Of a stretch of 64,000 nucleotides of DNA, positions 58,946-64,000 are shown piece by piece; position 1 is the first letter of the stretch, and the number at the start of each line of letters is the position of its first letter. The stretch comes from an uncultured Solirubrobacterales bacterium. GTDB taxonomy: Bacteria > Actinomycetota > Thermoleophilia > Solirubrobacterales > 70-9. Below the pieces are notes generated by a model that was given only the letters and a program-made list of their open reading frames with translations, had not been told where the DNA came from and searched no databases. Position numbers and translations under genes: made by a program. The stretch is taken from NCBI GenBank assembly GCA_963785195.1, contig CAWAUE010000003.1, positions 9,137 through 73,136 of the forward strand. Reading direction: 5' to 3'.

Positions 58946-60190
58946 ATGCCCGACATGAGCGTGATCGGCGGCTGCGCGAGCTCGGACCAGGTCGACCTCG
59001 GCGACCTCGAGCTCTGGGCCGACGGCCCGCCGCACGAGCTCTTCGCCCGCCTGCGCCGCGAGGCGCCGGTGCACTGGAGCCCGCTCGACGACTACCCCGA
59101 CGAGGCCGGCTTCTGGTCGCTGACCCGGGCCGAGGACCTGCGCCGCGTGAGCCTGGACTGGGAGACCTTCTCCTCCTACGTCGGCGGGATCATGGTCCTC
59201 GACGACTTCGGGATCCCGCTCGAGGGCCAGCAGCAGCAGATGATCTCGATGGACCCGCCGCGCCACGACCGGATCAAGGCCCTGTTCCAGCGCGGCTTCA
59301 CGCCGAAGCGGATCGCCGAGCACGAGGAGCGGATCCGCGGGATCGTCAACCGGGTGCTCGACCGCGTCGCCGACCGCGAGGAGGTCGAGCTCGTCAACGA
59401 GGTCGCCGCCCCCGTCGTCTCGCGGGTGATCGGCTCCTTCATCGGCACCCCCGAGGAGGACGACCAGCGCCACGTCGAGGAGACCAACATGGTCCTCGGG
59501 TTCGGCGACGAGGACCTGCGCCCGACCGAGGAGGCCGTGGTCGAGATGATGACCCGCGCCTGGAACGAGACCATGGAGTACATCGCCGAGCGCCGCGCGA
59601 ACCCGGGGATGAACGACCTGATGGACGTGCTCGTCCACTCCGAGGTCGACGGCGAGCAGCTCTCCGACACCGAGATCTTCATGGGCCTCGGGCTGCTCGG
59701 CGCCGCCGGCAACGACAGCACCCGCTCGGTCTTCACCAACGGGATGCTCGGCCTGTTCGAGAACCCGGATCAGCTGCGACTCCTGCGCGACGACCCGACT
59801 CTGATCGAAGGCGCCGTCGAGGAGTTCCTGCGGATGTACCCGGCCTTCGCCCACTTCCGCCGCACCGCCACCCGCGACGTCGAGCTTCACGGCCAGACGA
59901 TCCGCGAGGGCGACAAGGTCCTGCTCTGGTACGTGTCGTCGAACCGCGACGAGTCCGTCTACGCGGACCCCCAGCGCCTCGACGTCACCCGCCGGCCGGA
60001 CCACCAGGCGTTCGGCGCGGGCGGCCGGCACTTCTGCCTCGGCGCCGCGCTGGCGCGGCTCGAGATCAGGACGCTGCTCACCGAGACGCTGCGGCGCTTC
60101 CCCGAGATCGAGCTCGCCGGCGAGCCGGCCAAGGCGCGCTCGCTGTTCCTGAACCAGCTGAAGACGCTGCCGGTCCGCCTCAACGCCTGA
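58946..60190 (+). CDS. Cytochrome P450
   Basis: ExxR EEFLR, heme loop FGAGGRHFCLGAALAR, I-helix GLLGAAGNDSTR. Confidence 0.9.
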   Translation: MPDMSVIGGCASSDQVDLGDLELWADGPPHELFARLRREAPVHWSPLDDYPDEAGFWSLTRAEDLRRVSLDWETFSSYVGGIMVLDDFGIPLEGQQQQMISMDPPRHDRIKALFQRGFTPKRIAEHEERIRGIVNRVLDRVADREEVELVNEVAAPVVSRVIGSFIGTPEEDDQRHVEETNMVLGFGDEDLRPTEEAVVEMMTRAWNETMEYIAERRANPGMNDLMDVLVHSEVDGEQLSDTEIFMGLGLLGAAGNDSTRSVFTNGMLGLFENPDQLRLLRDDPTLIEGAVEEFLRMYPAFAHFRRTATRDVELHGQTIREGDKVLLWYVSSNRDESVYADPQRLDVTRRPDHQAFGAGGRHFCLGAALARLEIRTLLTETLRRFPEIELAGEPAKARSLFLNQLKTLPVRLNA

Positions 60191-60239
60191 CCCGGGCGGG
60201 CTGGACGCGGTCGCGTCAGTGTGGGAGGCTCGCCCCGTG

Positions 60240-61116
60240 ATGAACCGACGACGGGTGGCAGGCATCACGGCTGTGCTCGCGGCGCTGATTGCGCCAGCCG
60301 CTGTCTACGGCGCCTTCCCAGGCTCCAACGGCCGGATCTTCTTCGACACCGGGGGCCCGGGACGCGACATCGTCTCGGTCGACCCGCAGGGCGGCGACCG
60401 CACCAAGGTGACACAGGGCCAGGAGCCCGCCGTGTCCCCCAACGGCAGGGTGATCGCTTTCGTCCGCCGCGGCGACATCTACCTGAGCAACAAGCTCGGC
60501 GGCGACGAGCGGCAGCTCACCGACACCCCGATCGTCGAGCGGACGCCGTCGTGGTCGCCGCACGGCAACCAACTCGTCTTCGCAACCGATCGCCGCAACG
60601 GCGTCGGCGGCGACATCGTGTCGATCCGAGGCGACGGTAGCGATCGCGAGCGCCTGACCGTGAGCGAGCAGCCGGACTTCAGTCCCTCCTACTCGCCGAG
60701 CGGCAACAAGATCGTCTTCGTCCGTGCTTTCAACCACCCGGGCGTTCGACAGATCCTCAAGATCGATTCCGACGGTTCCAATCGAGTCCAGCTCACGTCA
60801 TCGAACTTCTTCTCGTCCGACCATCCGACCTGGTCGCCGGACGGCAACCGGATCGCGTTCGAGCGCTCCGCAGTCGCTGTATTCGATCGAGCCCGACGGT
60901 TCGAACGAGTTGCGGTTGACCTCCGGGGAGGACAACAACGACCGCGAGCCGGCGTACTCGCCCAGCGGCAACAAGATCGTCTACGGGGGCCAAGCGGCCG
61001 ACGGCGGCGGCTCGGGCCTGTTCGTGATCCCGGCGCTGGGCGGGCAGCGCGAGAAGCTGACCGAGGCGCGGCGGTCGGGCGTCGACGCCAACCCGTACTG
61101 GGCCTCGACGCCGTAG
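60240..61116 (+). pseudogene. Secreted TolB-like PD40 beta-propeller repeat protein; frameshift near 60870
   Basis: Repeats PAVSPNGRVIAF, PSWSPHGNQLVF, PSYSPSGNKIVF, PTWSPDGNRIAFERS | QSLYSIEPDGSNELRL...PAYSPSGNKIVY. Confidence 0.75.
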
Positions 61117-61133
61117 CTACCGGCTGCGTTGCC

Positions 61134-61709
61134 CTACAGCCCGAGGAAGTGGCGCTTCTGGAACGGGCCGTTGACGAGCCCGGCCTTGACGTCCTTCGAC
61201 CACCCGGGCCCTTCCTGGCCGTCGTCGGGGATCGAGGTGTCGAAGCGCAGCCCCGCGATCACCGCGTAGGCGTGACCCGGGTTGGTGAAGACCGTGATCC
61301 AGGTGCCCTTGCCCCGCTCGCCCCAGCGGGCGAAGGTGCGGGAGTCCTCGGGGGTCTTGAGGATGTCGGCGCCCTTGGGGCCGAGCACGTAGCTGACCGC
61401 GCCGGAGCAGTCGTAGCAACTCGAGCGCCAGCGGCCGTGACCGCCGCCGGTGCAGTAGCCGGCGTCGTCGATGCGGTTGGCGGCGGCGATCGCGTCCTGG
61501 ACCTCCTGCGGGGCGTTCTTCGGCGCCCGCGCCTCGCCGCTCGGCATCAGCTTCGCCTCGCTGCCCTTGACCGGAGGCGGCGGCGCGTCGGTGGAGCCGA
61601 CGCCTCCGTTGCCGGCGGATGCGGTGGCGGGCAGGGCGAGCGCCAGCGCACCCGCGCAGGTGACCGCGGCCATCGCGGGCTTGCGTGCGAACGCTGACCT
61701 GAGCACCAA
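61134..61709 (-). CDS. Secreted NlpC/P60-like cysteine peptidase
   Basis: TTG 61709 (or GTG 61706), 7-10 nt after GAAGGAGAG. Signal peptide ...ALALALPATASA. Catalytic-type context YCTGGGHGRWRSSCYDCSGAVSYVL and GHAYAVI. Confidence 0.65.
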   Translation of the reverse strand: MVLRSAFARKPAMAAVTCAGALALALPATASAGNGGVGSTDAPPPPVKGSEAKLMPSGEARAPKNAPQEVQDAIAAANRIDDAGYCTGGGHGRWRSSCYDCSGAVSYVLGPKGADILKTPEDSRTFARWGERGKGTWITVFTNPGHAYAVIAGLRFDTSIPDDGQEGPGWSKDVKAGLVNGPFQKRHFLGL

Positions 61710-61728
61710 AATCCGCTCTCCTTCTTCG

Positions 61729-61850
61729 GCCTGCGGGGTTAGCTGACGGGCTGGCGCTAAAGAAGCAGCGCCCCCACCACGGCGGTGGGTTAGCCCCAAA
61801 CGACTTGGTTCCCCCGCTTCCCGCCCGCTTACGGACAGGAATTAGGCAAC
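61729..61850 (-). ncRNA. c-di-AMP riboswitch (ydaO-yuaA class) in the 5' leader of the NlpC/P60-like gene
   Basis: The minus strand carries GCGGGGGAACCAAG, UUGGGGCUAACCC and CCCGUCAGCUAACCCCGCAGGC in the order of the ydaO consensus. The ends GCCU...AGGC can pair, and the SD follows 3 nt downstream. Confidence 0.8.
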
Positions 61851-62013
61851 GGGTCCAAGAACGCGGGGCAGCATACACATCGGTGTAGCGGAAAGCGCCG
61901 CCAGCTTCGCAACGCTCGGTTGCAGGCGTCGGGCCCCGATCCGCAACTTGCGTTTGCGAGGCGTGCTTGTAGGGTCTGTAGGGCGACAAGGAACTTGACT
62001 GAGAGGCTCAGGG

Positions 62014-63349
62014 ATGAATCGTTGGTGTATCGCGGGACTGCTCGCGCTGGTCGCAGTCCTCACCGCCATGCCGGCAGCGGCGATGGCGAAGAAGGGGAAG
62101 ACCGTCGAGGTCTGTAAGCACGGCTGCAAGTACCGCACCATCCAGGACTGCGGTCGATCACGTGAAGAAGAACGCGACGATCAACGTCAAGCCGGGCACC
62201 TACAAGGAGGGCGTGGTCGCCCAGGGCCACCGCTACGACGGCCTGACGATCAAGGGCACCAAGAAGAACGCCAAGAAGGTCCTCCTCCAGGGCAAGAACG
62301 CCAAGGATCCCGACGACCAGCCGGCCAACAACGGGATCGAGACCGTCAAGGTCGACGACGTGACGCTGAAGAACATGACCGCCGCCAACTACCTGGCCAA
62401 CGGTTTCCACGTCGTCGACTGCAAGAACTACCTGATGAAGAACCTGGTCGCCGACCACAACCGCAGCTACGGGCTGTTCGCCTTCAACTGCAAGGGCGGG
62501 CGGATGACCGACTCGGTCGGCTTCGGCCAGGGCGACTCGGCGTATTACGTCGGCGAGACGCCGCCCCAGAGCAAGCCGAAGTGGACGAAGCTCGACCACC
62601 TCGACGGCCACGAGAACGTGCTCGGCTACTCGGGCACGAACTCGAAGTACGTGAAGATCACGAAGTCGAACTTCTACAACAACGGCGTCGGCGTCGTGCC
62701 GAACACCCTCGACAGCGAGGAGTTCGAGCCGGCGGCGACCGGGATCATCGAGAACAACGCGATCTTCTGGAACAACTTCAACTACTTCCTGCCCAACTCG
62801 GGCGTCGCCACGGTCGGCAACGGAGGCCTCGGGGAGATCCCGGGGATCGGCACGATCCAGTACCCGACGGGAGTCGGCGTGGTGCTGCTCGGAGCCGATG
62901 GCTGGGTCATCCAGAACAACCAGATCTTCGGCAACTTCAAGGCCGGGGCCTGGGTGGTCTCGGATCCGTTCAACGAGGGGGATAACGCGATCTCCAAGAA
63001 CAACCAGTTCCTCAACAACCAGATGGGCAGCAACGGCACGGACACCAACCAGGTGGACTTCTTCACCGACGGCGCCGGCAGCGCCAATTGCTACTCGGGC
63101 AACGTCAGCTCGAGCTTCGATCCGACCCCGAACGTGCCCACCTCCCAGCTGTATCCCGGATGCCCGGCCCCGGCCGGCACCGGCGGCAGCGGCACCAGCA
63201 CCGGCGATCCGCAGCAGGTCGGCGAGCTGGTCAGCTACGTGGCAGCGACCCCGCCCGAGAAGCAGCAATGCTCGTGGGCGATGCACTCTCACCCGGCGTA
63301 TCAGGACTTCACGCCGGTTGAGATCACGCCGGGTCCGGTGTGCCCGTGA
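62014..63349 (+). pseudogene. Secreted right-handed parallel beta-helix protein (NosD-like); frameshift near 62149
   Basis: MNRWCIAGLLALVAVLTAMPAAAMA...VEVCKHGCKYRTIQD | AVDHVKKNATINVKPGTYKEGV. Many NN/GN-containing beta-helix turns and a Cys-containing C-terminus. Confidence 0.8.
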
Positions 63350-63747
63350 GGCGGCAAGCACTCATCTGCGCGGCCATCGCCGCCACCGCCGTCGCGGTGG
63401 TAGCGATGCCCGCCTTCGGCGGCACCGAGGCGAAGCGGTCGACGACCAACGTCACGGTCGGCGACGACTACTACTCCTGCAGCAAGTGCACCGGGACCGT
63501 CCCGGTGAAGCTGAAGGTCAAGAAGAACGCCAAGGTGAAGTTCGTCTGGTCGTCGGCGAACACCGACACCCACAACGTCAAGCTGACCAGCAAGCACCCG
63601 AAGAACGTCAAGCCGAAGGACTTCACGTCCGGCGATTACTCCGTGGGCGCGAAGTTCAAGAAGAAGTTCAAGGTGCCGGGCACGTACGCCTTCATCTGCA
63701 CGTACCACAAGTCGGTGATGAAGATCGACGTCAAGGTCAAGAAGTAG
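63340..63747 (+). CDS. Secreted cupredoxin (type-1 blue copper protein)
   Basis: Ligand pattern His (DTHNV) ... Cys-x2-His-x3-Met (FICTYHKSVM). Signal peptide. 25 Lys in 135 aa. Confidence 0.85.
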   Translation: MPVRRQALICAAIAATAVAVVAMPAFGGTEAKRSTTNVTVGDDYYSCSKCTGTVPVKLKVKKNAKVKFVWSSANTDTHNVKLTSKHPKNVKPKDFTSGDYSVGAKFKKKFKVPGTYAFICTYHKSVMKIDVKVKK

Positions 63748-63761
63748 CTCGGGGGCCATCC

Positions 63762-64000
63762 GTGGACCTCGAGCCCTTCGGGCGCAGGGAGCTGTTCGCA
63801 GGCACCGGCGGGCTCTTCCTCTGCACGATCGCGGGCCAGAAGATCTTCGCGGACCGCGGCGAGGCTGACCTCGGCAAGCTGTCCGCGGAGGTCCCCGTCC
63901 CGCCCAAGGTTGCCGCGGCCGAGGCCAGTGGGACGACGGGGGCGGCCTCCCAGTCCCTCCTCGCCCGCGCCGGCGGCACCCGGCGCGAGTACTGGATCCG
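63762..64000 (+). CDS. Multicopper oxidase-like protein with Tat-type signal; N-terminal fragment only
   Basis: GTG 63762. GRRELFAGTGGLFLCTIAG is a twin-arginine context, and the fragment ends in RREYWI, which resembles the start of ceruloplasmin-like MCO domains. Only 79 codons are visible. Confidence 0.55.
   Translation, partial: MDLEPFGRRELFAGTGGLFLCTIAGQKIFADRGEADLGKLSAEVPVPPKVAAAEASGTTGAASQSLLARAGGTRREYWI

Noticed and set aside
1-64000. Looked for CRISPR arrays, tRNA/rRNA genes, transposases, integrases, phage genes and long direct or terminal repeats.
   Set aside because: I could not see any regularly spaced repeats, tRNA T-arm-like GGTTCGAnnCC contexts outside coding frames, or DDE/tyrosine-recombinase-like ORFs. 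The search was by eye only, so short or degenerate elements could be missed.

Overview
High-GC window: hand counts on sampled 60-nt lines give about 70-75 percent GC, dropping to about 58-62 percent after 61.7 kb. Gene content looks actinobacterial (MMPL transporter, DUF3376 patatin, FabG4/HtdX-type genes, a ydaO-class leader before an NlpC/P60 gene); the taxon is inference only. I support about 60 protein genes, one riboswitch, two candidate TetR operators and two long hairpins. I found no tRNA, rRNA, CRISPR array, transposase or integrase. Main blocks, left to right: (1) a TetR plus PotD-like binding protein, divergent from an FAD amine oxidase-like gene and a PLP decarboxylase-VOC fusion. 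(2) A Na+/H+ antiporter, a sulfite-oxidase-like enzyme and an HD-domain protein. (3) A beta-propeller / M19 dipeptidase-like / giant patatin-DUF3376 operon. (4) A 3.5-kb stretch at 16.9-20.4 kb holding shattered remains of four beta-oxidation genes. (5) GGDEF, cupin, UPF0104 and cell-wall-related genes. (6) A sugar ABC operon divergent from a copper amine oxidase-SDR-GH4-GH38 operon. (7) An ECF sigma factor, MFS transporter, ATL/Ogt pair and nitronate monooxygenase. (8) An MMPL-ABC-membrane protein operon next to a histidine kinase/LuxR pair. (9) A lipase, two cupins, and a TetR divergent from a P450. (10) A c-di-AMP (ydaO-class) riboswitch before an NlpC/P60-like peptidase, then a lower-GC, lysine-rich copper cluster (NosD-like beta-helix, cupredoxin, multicopper oxidase). 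About 12 otherwise intact genes each carry one or two frameshifts, mostly repaired by deleting a single base. The assembly therefore either has insertion errors or the genome is decaying. No recognisable novel defence or mobile system is present; the candidates most worth follow-up are listed under findings.
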